Part shown: piece after piece, positions 1 to 8,767 of the stretch | Layout of the letters: every line of letters begins with the position of its first letter | How positions within the stretch are numbered: position 1 is the stretch's first letter | Assembly: GCA_964390105.1 (NCBI GenBank) | Contig: CAYMGV010000001.1 | Span: 2 to 64,001 of the forward strand | Length of the DNA: 64,000 nt | Direction: 5' to 3' | From: an uncultured Anaerolineae bacterium | GTDB taxonomy: Bacteria > Chloroflexota > Anaerolineae > Aggregatilineales > UBA3940 | Made by a program: the position numbers and the translations under genes | The notes under the pieces: model-generated | What the model saw: only the letters and a program-made list of their open reading frames with translations | Told to the model about the DNA's origin: nothing | The model's database searches: none

Positions 1-176
1 CATGTGAAGTTCGGCCCCGGCGGCGCGGGGCCGCTGGCGGCGGTCTGACCGGCGGCAAATAAACGATAGCCCGTCTCACGGTCAAGACGGGCCAGCGCGT
101 TTACCAGTTCACGGACATAGCGACCGATGCCGCCGCCTTGTTCGAGTGCTGCGGTGGTGTCGATACCGATCTGCAT
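1..176 (-). CDS. Glycosyltransferase family 4 (GT-B), N-terminal part only; runs off the window start
   Basis: Not in the ORF track. Manual translation from ATG at 176 gives MQIGIDTTAALEQGGGIGRYVRELVNALARLDRETGYRLF..., matching the typical GT4 N-terminus (IGID...GIGRY..EL..AL). It abuts the GtrA stop codon. Confidence 0.8.
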   Translation of the reverse strand, partial: MQIGIDTTAALEQGGGIGRYVRELVNALARLDRETGYRLFAAGQTAASGPAPPGPNFT

Positions 177-752
177 TTAGTCCACGTCATTGTAGGTAAT
201 ATAGCGGTTGACAAAGAAGTTCCAGAACATCACCACCACCACGGCGATCATCAGAGCGGCGTTCTTCCCAAGCCGCAGGGCAAGGTCCGCGTCAAGGCTA
301 AGCACGGTTGTCTCGATCAGATTGCCAAGTGGCACACTGGCGAACTCCAGGATGGGGATACGGATCAGGATGCCCAGCAGGTTGATCCCCATGAACGTGA
401 CAAACTGCCCCACAAGTGACTTGGAGCGCGAGTCGGGGTAGGTCCAGTAGCGGTTCCAAAGGAAGTTGCTGATGATGGCTGCAAGGAAGCCGATGGCCCC
501 CGCGATCCCGATATAGGAGAGGACCAACCCAAAGGGCAGGCTGACCTCAAGCGTATCAGGCAGCAGGCTCCATAACACGTTGGTGGTGCCGAAGTCGATC
601 ACAAAGCCGATGCCACCGACTACCGCGAACTTGATGAACCGCTTGAGTTCCTTGCGCTCAGAGAGCTTTGCACGCCCCCATGCGAGATACCCCGGAAGGG
701 TATGCGGACGCGCTTCATTGGCCTCAGTGACGGCAGGTGTCGTTTCAATCAT
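177..752 (-). CDS. GtrA family membrane protein (lipid-linked sugar translocase-like)
   Basis: RFIKFAVVGGIGFVIDF, SNFLWNRYWTY and FWNFFVNRYITY are GtrA hallmarks. Start set at MIETT (ATG 752), overlapping the upstream stop. Confidence 0.85.
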   Translation of the reverse strand: MIETTPAVTEANEARPHTLPGYLAWGRAKLSERKELKRFIKFAVVGGIGFVIDFGTTNVLWSLLPDTLEVSLPFGLVLSYIGIAGAIGFLAAIISNFLWNRYWTYPDSRSKSLVGQFVTFMGINLLGILIRIPILEFASVPLGNLIETTVLSLDADLALRLGKNAALMIAVVVVMFWNFFVNRYITYNDVD

Positions 753-2274
753 GTTGTTCTCTCGATACAGTGGGCGCTGCGCGGACCTGGACCCACAGCA
801 CCGATAAAATCCCAAGCATGGCCCCCATGTGCAGATGGAGGTTGGCAACGTACAGTTTATCTACCACCTGGTGTGCTGCAAGATGAACCCAGGCTCCGAC
901 CAATCCGATGCCCACGCTTCGGATCAGCAGATCGCGAGATCGGGTGACCTGCCACGTCAGCCCCAGCACGTAGGCCCAAAAGACCAGGTAAGTGAACAGG
1001 CCAAGTATACCCGTTTCGGCCAGCATGTTCAGATAGATGTTGTGGGCATGACCCAGCGGATAAGGCCAGTTGATCAGCGCGAAGTCACCATAGACGACCT
1101 CATAATTACCTAACCCCACACCCAGCCAGGGGTTAGCGTCAGCCATGGAAATGGCGGCTTGCCAATGTGCAATACGCTCGATCAGGGAGTAATTGTCGTT
1201 ATTGATATCAACGCCACGCACATCGTACACACTGATGAAATCCGTGAAGCTGGTCAGGCGGCTCGAAATGGCGGCAGGCAGCAGATCAAACTGAAAGGCA
1301 AGGGCAGCACCCATGATCCCCACCACGATCAGGACGACGCCAAGCTCAACGCGGCGCGGCCAGACAAACAGCATCGCGGCGGCGGCAGCAGCAAAACCGA
1401 GCCATGCCCCGCGTGACCATGACATCAACAGGCCCGCCAGCAGCAAACCGGCGAGGACGGTATAAGCCAGCAGGCGGGCAGAATCGCGAGTAAGAAGCAG
1501 CTCAATCACACCAGCCGCCTTGATTGAGCGTTTACCCCGGAAGGCATCAACGAACCGTACAAAGGGTGGACGCAGTGCGCCGAGACTGAGACCTACTGCC
1601 AGTGACAGGATCAGGCCGAGGAAGCCGCCATAGGGGTTGGGCTGCTCGAAGCTACCGTAAGCACGGTAGAAGCGGTCACCAAGGATCAGGAAGTGTTCGG
1701 GGCCATCGCCGCGCAGGCCAAACTGCCAAATGCCAATGAATGCCTGTGCCAGCCCGGCAAGGATGACCATCGCCAGTACCCACTGCCAAGAGACGTACCG
1801 GGTGCGGTCGATGACGAGCCACATCACCACGGCAATCTGCCCCCATTTAATCAGTTCCTCAATACCAGAACCCAGTGAGACGGTATCGAGCAGAGTGAGA
1901 GCAAACACCCCGATCAGGGCTAAAAGCGGCATGTTGAGCGGTGAACGGGGCAACTCAACACGGCGGCGGGCCAGCATGTGTAGTGCCCACACACCCAACA
2001 CCATGATCAGGGTTAACTGGCCGAGGTCGAGCGGAATCTGTGGGTAGAAGTAATCGGTGAAGGGTTTGGCAGGCCCAAGAAGCAGGGCCAGACCGAGGCC
2101 GATCAGCGGCTCCACGAGGGTGCCAATGACCAGCAGCCCCCCCAGCAGCAGGGCAGCCGCCAGCGGCAGGGGCAGCAGAGCCATTAGCAGGCCCAGCACC
2201 AACGCCGCCCCGCCGATCAGGAGGCCGCTGAGGCGGCGGTCCCAATCAGCGGCGGGAGAAAGCAGCAGGTTCAT
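745..2274 (-). CDS. O-antigen ligase / Wzy_C family membrane protein
   Basis: Many TM helices; RAYGSFEQPNPYGG, SWSRGAW, R..HW..A, PWLGVGLGNY and HAHNIYLNMLAETG motifs. Confidence 0.9.
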   Translation of the reverse strand: MNLLLSPAADWDRRLSGLLIGGAALVLGLLMALLPLPLAAALLLGGLLVIGTLVEPLIGLGLALLLGPAKPFTDYFYPQIPLDLGQLTLIMVLGVWALHMLARRRVELPRSPLNMPLLALIGVFALTLLDTVSLGSGIEELIKWGQIAVVMWLVIDRTRYVSWQWVLAMVILAGLAQAFIGIWQFGLRGDGPEHFLILGDRFYRAYGSFEQPNPYGGFLGLILSLAVGLSLGALRPPFVRFVDAFRGKRSIKAAGVIELLLTRDSARLLAYTVLAGLLLAGLLMSWSRGAWLGFAAAAAAMLFVWPRRVELGVVLIVVGIMGAALAFQFDLLPAAISSRLTSFTDFISVYDVRGVDINNDNYSLIERIAHWQAAISMADANPWLGVGLGNYEVVYGDFALINWPYPLGHAHNIYLNMLAETGILGLFTYLVFWAYVLGLTWQVTRSRDLLIRSVGIGLVGAWVHLAAHQVVDKLYVANLHLHMGAMLGILSVLWVQVRAAPTVSREQHD

Positions 2275-3215
2275 CAGCCTTCCGTGACCGACCGAAAGTA
2301 TTCAATGGTGCGGGCAAGGCCTTCGCGTACGTTAACAGTCGGCTCCCAGCCGAGTAGCTGACGCGCACGGGTGATATCGGGCTGGCGGGTCTGTGGATCA
2401 TCCTTGATGCGGTTTTTCGGTTGGAGTATGGTCCCCGCCTCGTTGCCGGTGATCTCGTTGAGCAGGTCGGCAAATTCCTTGATGCTGAACTCGACCGGGT
2501 TGCCGATGTTAAACGGCTCGACGTCATCGGATCTGAGGATGCGGACCACACCTTCAACCAGATCGTCCACATAGGTAAAACTGCGCGTCTGCGAGCCATC
2601 ACCATAGACGGTCAGCGGCTGGCCCTTGATGGCCTGCACGATGAAGTTGGGTACCACGCGGCCATCACCGGAGCGCATGCGCGGGCCATACGTATTAAAG
2701 ATGCGGATAATGCGTGTCTGGAGTCCGTATGTGCGGTGATAAGCCATCACCAGCGCCTCACTGAAGCGCTTGGCCTCGTCGTAGCAACTGCGCGGGCCGA
2801 TGGGATTCACGTTACCCCAGTAGGTCTCGCGCTGCGGGTGTTCGAGCGGATCGCCATAGACCTCGGAGGTAGAAGCCTGAAAGAATCGCGCGTTATTTTC
2901 CTTAGCGATGTTCAGCAGGTTCCGGGTGCCAGTTGAGCCGACCTCAAGCGTCTCAAGAGGGTGCTTGAGATAATCGATGGGGCTGGCGGGAGAGGCGAAG
3001 TTCAGTACTGCATCGAAAGGACCGGGGGCAATGAAGGGCGTGGTGATGTCCTGCTCAATGAAGGTAAACGCTGCATGATCTTCAAGATGCGCGAGGTTGG
3101 CCGGGTTACCGGTGATGAAGTTATCCACGCCAACAACCTCGTAGCCATCTGCAAGAAATCGATCTGAGAGGTGGGAGCCGATAAAACCAGCAGCCCCGGC
3201 GATTAATACCCGCAC
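2274..3215 (-). CDS. UDP-glucuronate decarboxylase (UDP-xylose synthase-like, extended SDR)
   Basis: [64 protein letters not shown]. Start probably the GTG at 3215; the ORF extends to 3242. Confidence 0.92.
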   Translation of the reverse strand: MRVLIAGAAGFIGSHLSDRFLADGYEVVGVDNFITGNPANLAHLEDHAAFTFIEQDITTPFIAPGPFDAVLNFASPASPIDYLKHPLETLEVGSTGTRNLLNIAKENNARFFQASTSEVYGDPLEHPQRETYWGNVNPIGPRSCYDEAKRFSEALVMAYHRTYGLQTRIIRIFNTYGPRMRSGDGRVVPNFIVQAIKGQPLTVYGDGSQTRSFTYVDDLVEGVVRILRSDDVEPFNIGNPVEFSIKEFADLLNEITGNEAGTILQPKNRIKDDPQTRQPDITRARQLLGWEPTVNVREGLARTIEYFRSVTEG

Positions 3216-3289
3216 TATTGAGTTACTCCTGTTAATTGACACCAGCCCGCGGCGCTATTGTATCCGATTGGACCGCGTAAGAATAGCGA

Positions 3290-3826
3290 TTATTCAGAAT
3301 GCTGCCGAATAAGTTCCTCTGCAAAGATGTCGTAAGCGTGCTGCCCATACAGGCAGATGATCACACGGCGCAGCGTGGTACTTTCGTGATCCCGGATGTA
3401 GCGGCCAATGGTATCCAGCATCCGTTCAGCACAGCGGTCGATGGGATAGCCGAACACCCCGGTCGAGATAGCAGGGAAGGCAATTGATGCGAGGTTGTTT
3501 TCATCGGCAAGAGCAAGGCTGCATTCCACCGCACTGACCAGCAGCATATCAGCATGAGGGTTCGAGACACGCGGCCCCACGGCATGGATCACATAACGGG
3601 CAGGCAGATTGCCAGCGCCGGTGATAGCGGCATCACCGACCGGGCAGCCACCAATCAGGTCGCATTCCTGCTGAATCGATGGGCCGCCTTTGCCGCGAAT
3701 GGCCCCCGCTACCCCACTACCCAACTGTAGATACTCGTTGGCGGCGTTGACGATGGCATCGACCTGCAACGTGGTGATATCACCCTCGGCAAGCTCAAGG
3801 GTCGTGTGGTTAATCTGAATTTCCAT
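3290..3826 (-). CDS. Macro domain protein (MacroD/YmdB-like ADP-ribose binding or hydrolase)
   Basis: GDIT, DAIVNAAN, GSGVAGAI, YVIHAVGP, AFPAISTGVFGYP. Confidence 0.92.
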   Translation of the reverse strand: MEIQINHTTLELAEGDITTLQVDAIVNAANEYLQLGSGVAGAIRGKGGPSIQQECDLIGGCPVGDAAITGAGNLPARYVIHAVGPRVSNPHADMLLVSAVECSLALADENNLASIAFPAISTGVFGYPIDRCAERMLDTIGRYIRDHESTTLRRVIICLYGQHAYDIFAEELIRQHSE

Positions 3827-6800
3827 GCAGGGCGTCCTTATGTAACTGGTGCATTAGCCCCAGGCTCATGCAGAAGATATAAGCCAGATCGATGACAAAA
3901 TGCGTCTCATCGACGAGGCCGTGGGCAAGGAAAGCCGCCATAGACCCCAATAATCCGACCACCATCGCCCAGCGTTCGGTATCGCCACGCGCCTTCAGCC
4001 GCTTCTGTGCAGCAAGCCCCATGCGCCAGAAGGCCACCTGTATCCAGGTACCGGCGATTAGACCCAGCAGACCGAGCCGCACCCAGTAATTCAGTAAGAC
4101 GTTGTGCGGCTGGCTGAGGTCGGGCTGCTGCCATGCGGCGGGCAGGATGTAGTGCCCACGATAGGCGTACAGGAACTGATCCAGCCCAACGCCTGTGAGG
4201 GGATGATCGCTAATTAATTGCAGGGTGGAGTCCCATAGCTGTATACGGAAGAATGATGACCCCTCGCTGAAATCAATCAGGTTGGCAAAGCGCGGCAGGC
4301 GCGTCAGCGGGATCAAAGCGAGTGCCAGCAGCGCAGCACCGCCCGCCACCAGCCACGCACCGATCCTGCCCCACGCCAGCACCAGCACCAATCCCACGCC
4401 TGCGGGGAGGCCCAGCAGCAGCCCCCCGCGTGACATGGTAAGCACCGTCGCACCGATCATCAGCGCACCGATCACGCCATAGGCCCAGCGTCGGCGCTTG
4501 TCCCCGCCGATCAGGACGACGGCGGCAGCTAATGGCACGAGCCGTCCCAGGAACAGGGCGGCGTTATTGGGTGTCCCGAAGATGCTGCGCAGGCGGCGCG
4601 ACCCGGCTTCGGCGGTGATGACATCGATCCCGCTCACCGCCTGGTAGAAGCCGATGACGGAGACGATCAGGCCGGTAAGCAGCAGGAAGTCAATGATGCG
4701 CCAGCGTTCCGGCTGGGTGAGGGGCATGGTACGCAGCACGATATAGATAGTCAGCGGCTGCAGGATCATCTGGCGCAGGTCGGTGACGGCCACGCCAAGA
4801 AAATCGACCCACAGCAGGGTCAGTGACCCCGCGATCACAAACAGGCCCAGCCCCTTATCGAGCGGGGTCATGGCCCGCCAGATAGAGCGCAGGGTCGGCC
4901 AGCCCTCATCGTTGCGGGCACCCAGCCATTGGATGGCCCATGCAGTAAAGGTCAGCAATGCGACGATCTCTACCATTGAGAAGGCACGGTCAAACAGCGG
5001 GCGCGGCATCAGGTAATACGGGGTCAGGAACAGGGTAAGCGCCAGCCCTGTCGAGGGGCGGGCGTAAATCAGCACGAACAGCGTGATCAGCGCGACCAGC
5101 GTGATCAGCAGCCACGGCGAGAAGTAAAACACCCCGGCGGTCAATGCCGTAACCAGCAAGGCCGGGCCGTCGCCCAATCGACGCAGCACGTCAGGCACAA
5201 GACCACCCCATGTCAGGGCTGCGCCACCCCATGCCGCCAGCGCCGAGGCGATGATCAGTATGATATGGAGCGTTTCGCTTAAGGCATTCCGCAGGAGGGC
5301 CGTGAAACGGTCGAGTGCCTCACGCCAGCGCAGGCCATCGCCCAGCCGCAGGGTCAGCCCCAATGAGGTCATTATCAAAACGGCCAGAGCCGCGATCCCG
5401 GCATCATAAGGCAGGGTGTTCAGATCATGCCCGACAGCAAAACCAACCAGCGCCCATTGATCCCAGCCACGGTCGGCCTCAATACGAGCGGTCTGCCGGG
5501 CATCAGATTGACCATTGGCGATCTTCAGGGCCTCAATGCGAGGCTGATAATCAGGGTCAGTAAGGACGAGGTATGTCCCACGTCCATCATGGGGCAGAAC
5601 GTCCGACGGATGGCCGTCAACGGTAACGTACAGGTAGGCGCGGTAATCGCCACGGCGGGCGATAACGGATAGTGAATCGCCGGTGTACGGCATCGACACA
5701 ACGCTGCTGCCATCCTCGCTGAAATCGGCCCCTAACTCCGAGAACTCCCAGGTCCCTTCGTAATCGGCCTGCGGGGTTTGCGCCGGGTAAAGACCGGGCC
5801 ACAGCGCCCCATTGAACCTCGCCGCGTTGTTCGCTAATGCGTCATAGGCCGGGGAAAGCGTCCCATCCTGAGTGCGCAGCGAGAAACCCCATTCAGCACT
5901 ATCCGACTGATCAAGGTCTGCCTGCCAGTTATCGAGGACCAGCGCCCCGGTCCACGGCCACTCGATGAGGGCACGCTCGTAAGCTGCAACGGCCTGGCTG
6001 GCCTGTGTGATGGCGTCCACCTGCCCCCATACCGAGGGATCGCCGTCCCAGCCAGTGGGAAGGCTGTTCCAACCAAAGTGGCTGGCCCACAGCGGGGAGG
6101 CGGTATCACCGTATTCTTCCATGACCTCGCGCAGCAGTACCACCCGCGAGAAGTTCAGCACATTGGGATGTGCCGTGCGGTCACCGGGGCCGGTATCAAA
6201 GCCGTAAGGCTTGGCGGCCACGCCATCAAAGAAGGGTGCCGCGCCGTTGGCATACAGTGCATCGAGATACATGACATCGCTGAGATTATCCGGCCCGGTC
6301 TCGATGGTAGGGGCCAGCCCGGCGGCCAGGATCAGCGCATCAGGGTCGGCGTCATGGATCGGTGCATAGACGGCTTCAAGCAGGGCCATATACGCGACGG
6401 GATCAGCGGGCTGATTGCCCCAGCCTGCCGCGAGGTTGGGTTCATCCCATACCTGGTAGACATCAATCGAATCACCGTAGCGGGCCGCCAGCGCCCCCGC
6501 AAAGGACGCTGCCGCGTCGAGGTCGGGTTCAGCGGTGGCGTGTGGCGCGGCCCATCCTGGTGCATCGACGATGACCGCGACCAGTTCCAGCCCGGCTTCA
6601 TTCGTTGCAGTTACGACCCCGTCGTAGGCATCCCAATTGTATTGGCCCCGTTCCGGGTTAATACTGGCCCATGAGAATTCCTGCCGCACCCACGCAAAGC
6701 CGCCCTTCGCGATCAGGCCGGTGTTTTCGGCGAGGTCGGCATCATTATACTGCGCCAGGTCCGCATTAACGCCCATCACAGGGACACGGTAGGGCAGGTC

Positions 6801-6929
6801 CAGCGACGGGGTACCATTCAGCACGCCGCGCGTGGCGGTGACACGCGCGGTCAGCGTCGCTGCAAGGCCGACACCACACAGGATTGTAAGGACAAATAGG
6901 ATGAGCGAACGGTATCGGCGCATGATCAC
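3810..6929 (-). CDS. Fusion protein: N-terminal clan GH-A-like (GH39/GH5-like) TIM barrel, beta-sandwich, then C-terminal O-antigen ligase (Wzy_C) membrane domain
   Basis: Signal/TM segment, then WVRQEFSWASINPERGQYNW, YQVWDEPN, FFDGVAAKPYG, PLWASHFGW. C-terminal TM region with RLRSIFGTPNNAA, TMSRGG, HPLTGVGLDQF, QPHNVLLNYW. Confidence 0.85.
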   Translation of the reverse strand: MIMRRYRSLILFVLTILCGVGLAATLTARVTATRGVLNGTPSLDLPYRVPVMGVNADLAQYNDADLAENTGLIAKGGFAWVRQEFSWASINPERGQYNWDAYDGVVTATNEAGLELVAVIVDAPGWAAPHATAEPDLDAAASFAGALAARYGDSIDVYQVWDEPNLAAGWGNQPADPVAYMALLEAVYAPIHDADPDALILAAGLAPTIETGPDNLSDVMYLDALYANGAAPFFDGVAAKPYGFDTGPGDRTAHPNVLNFSRVVLLREVMEEYGDTASPLWASHFGWNSLPTGWDGDPSVWGQVDAITQASQAVAAYERALIEWPWTGALVLDNWQADLDQSDSAEWGFSLRTQDGTLSPAYDALANNAARFNGALWPGLYPAQTPQADYEGTWEFSELGADFSEDGSSVVSMPYTGDSLSVIARRGDYRAYLYVTVDGHPSDVLPHDGRGTYLVLTDPDYQPRIEALKIANGQSDARQTARIEADRGWDQWALVGFAVGHDLNTLPYDAGIAALAVLIMTSLGLTLRLGDGLRWREALDRFTALLRNALSETLHIILIIASALAAWGGAALTWGGLVPDVLRRLGDGPALLVTALTAGVFYFSPWLLITLVALITLFVLIYARPSTGLALTLFLTPYYLMPRPLFDRAFSMVEIVALLTFTAWAIQWLGARNDEGWPTLRSIWRAMTPLDKGLGLFVIAGSLTLLWVDFLGVAVTDLRQMILQPLTIYIVLRTMPLTQPERWRIIDFLLLTGLIVSVIGFYQAVSGIDVITAEAGSRRLRSIFGTPNNAALFLGRLVPLAAAVVLIGGDKRRRWAYGVIGALMIGATVLTMSRGGLLLGLPAGVGLVLVLAWGRIGAWLVAGGAALLALALIPLTRLPRFANLIDFSEGSSFFRIQLWDSTLQLISDHPLTGVGLDQFLYAYRGHYILPAAWQQPDLSQPHNVLLNYWVRLGLLGLIAGTWIQVAFWRMGLAAQKRLKARGDTERWAMVVGLLGSMAAFLAHGLVDETHFVIDLAYIFCMSLGLMHQLHKDALHGNSD

Positions 6930-8662
6930 TGGCTCCAGCGCGGACTGCTGGTGGCTCCATCGGTGGTCAACTGCTGGGTCAGCCCGGTTTCCACATCGAG
7001 AAGGTACAAGTTGCGCTGCCAGGTCATGACGATCTGGCGGCCATCAGGCGACCACGCAAAGCTCTGATCCGAGGCAAGGAAACCCTGGGCGTCCTCGGCG
7101 GGATACAACTGGCGGGCATTGCTGCCGTCACGGTCCATGATCATCAGCACGTAGCGGCTGCCTTGGCTGGCAAGTGGCTCGATGGCCTCAAGGTAGGCCA
7201 GTTGATAACCACCGGATTCGTCCTGGGGCGAAAAGCGCGGTGCTGCCCACATGCCCGCCTGTTCGATCAGGTCGATGCTGTAGCCGCCAGCGGACGGGAA
7301 GGCCGTCAGGTTGAAGACCTCACTGTCTTCGGCGGCCTCGCTGCCCAGCGCCTCACCATGGGTAACAGCAGCAATCAGCGCGCCATCCGGGGACCAGCCA
7401 AACTCTGGCACCCAAACGAAATCGTAGGGGGTGCGCGGGGTGAACTCTAACAGGATCTGCTGGATGTACGCATCAGGCAGAGGGACAGAGTCCTCATCCG
7501 CCAGTGGAGTTGGGGTGGCGTCTTCATCCTGCTCATAGACGGGCAGCATCACGCCCAATCGATCCGGCTGTGCCCACGCCAGCGTCTCGCCATCGGGGCC
7601 AAATTTGAAGAACGTACCAAACCAGCCATAAATACCGCCGCTCGATGCTTCAAGCAACTGCTTGCGATCCGTGGTGCCGCCGCCAACCGTCAGCTTGGCC
7701 CGCCACAGGTCGTTGTTGGCCTGCCAGCCGGGGAAGCCGGGGCGCGGTTCGGCGGTGGTATAGACGATGTTCAGACCACCACCGGGAAACCATGCCGCCG
7801 ACAGGATGTTATCGAGATCGAGGCGGATGGCCTCATTACCAGGATCGTCTACGTCGATAACAACCCACAGCGAGTTAAACGGTTCGCCATCATCAGAGGC
7901 GGTGGGCTGGGCCTGCGGAGCAGCTTGATCTTCATCCGATTCGGGGATGTCTACCGGCGTCTCCTCGAATTCCTCGCCATTCAAGGTCCGCGTAAAGAGC
8001 AGGCTGCGGCCATCAGGGCTGAGTTCAAACACACGCCCATCGACAGCGCCATTCAGCGTGAGGGGCCGCCGGTTGGCGCTGTTCTGGCTCATGACCCATG
8101 CGTTGCCGTTGGAGATATAGGCAAGTGTGCCGCTGACGGTCACAGTGGGCAGGTCGCTCTGTGTGCCGACCATGACGATCTCATCCTGCGGGGAGGTGAG
8201 CAGCAGGCGGCGCACCTCACTGCGTGATATCTCCTCACCATCTTCATACACAACGCGGATCGTCACCTCCGCGATACCGTTGATACCAGCTTGCAGCAGG
8301 CGTGTATCACCGGGGGCAAGGCCATCATTGAGCGTGGTCTGGCGCTCGAAGGGGATGATTTCCTGCTCAGTGATGGTTTCCTCCGTCACACGAACAACGG
8401 TGATGGTCATGCCATGAACGACGCGGGTGAAGCTCTGCGGGTTGACACGGTCGCGATCACTGAGCGAGATGTCGGCATCTCGCAGCACGTCACTGACGGT
8501 CGATGCAGGATCGACCCACAGGGTTTCCTGTGTGCCATCGACAGCCAGCGTCACACCCAGCGATTCGGCTTGCGTGTCCGGCGTGTCACACGCCGTAACC
8601 AACAAGGCAATCCCGATCAGGGTGGTGATGAGACGGTGTAAGGGACGGTTGATTTTACGCAT
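6926..8662 (-). CDS. Lipoprotein with DUF348 (ubiquitin-like) and G5 domains plus a TolB-like (PD40) beta-propeller
   Basis: Lipobox LVTAC after start MRKINRP (ATG 8662). TVSDVLRDADISLSDRDRVNP (DUF348), IPFER...QAGING...VVYEDGEEISR...EIVMVGT (G5), repeated WSPDG/FSP motifs. Confidence 0.82.
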   Translation of the reverse strand: MRKINRPLHRLITTLIGIALLVTACDTPDTQAESLGVTLAVDGTQETLWVDPASTVSDVLRDADISLSDRDRVNPQSFTRVVHGMTITVVRVTEETITEQEIIPFERQTTLNDGLAPGDTRLLQAGINGIAEVTIRVVYEDGEEISRSEVRRLLLTSPQDEIVMVGTQSDLPTVTVSGTLAYISNGNAWVMSQNSANRRPLTLNGAVDGRVFELSPDGRSLLFTRTLNGEEFEETPVDIPESDEDQAAPQAQPTASDDGEPFNSLWVVIDVDDPGNEAIRLDLDNILSAAWFPGGGLNIVYTTAEPRPGFPGWQANNDLWRAKLTVGGGTTDRKQLLEASSGGIYGWFGTFFKFGPDGETLAWAQPDRLGVMLPVYEQDEDATPTPLADEDSVPLPDAYIQQILLEFTPRTPYDFVWVPEFGWSPDGALIAAVTHGEALGSEAAEDSEVFNLTAFPSAGGYSIDLIEQAGMWAAPRFSPQDESGGYQLAYLEAIEPLASQGSRYVLMIMDRDGSNARQLYPAEDAQGFLASDQSFAWSPDGRQIVMTWQRNLYLLDVETGLTQQLTTDGATSSPRWSQ

Positions 8663-8767
8663 GGCGGGACTGTACCACGGGGCACCCGGAGGGGCAACAG
8701 CAGGCAGGGGAACGGCGGGTTTACATATGAAAGAGGCAGGCATCGATGTGATACCTGCCTCTTTGTG

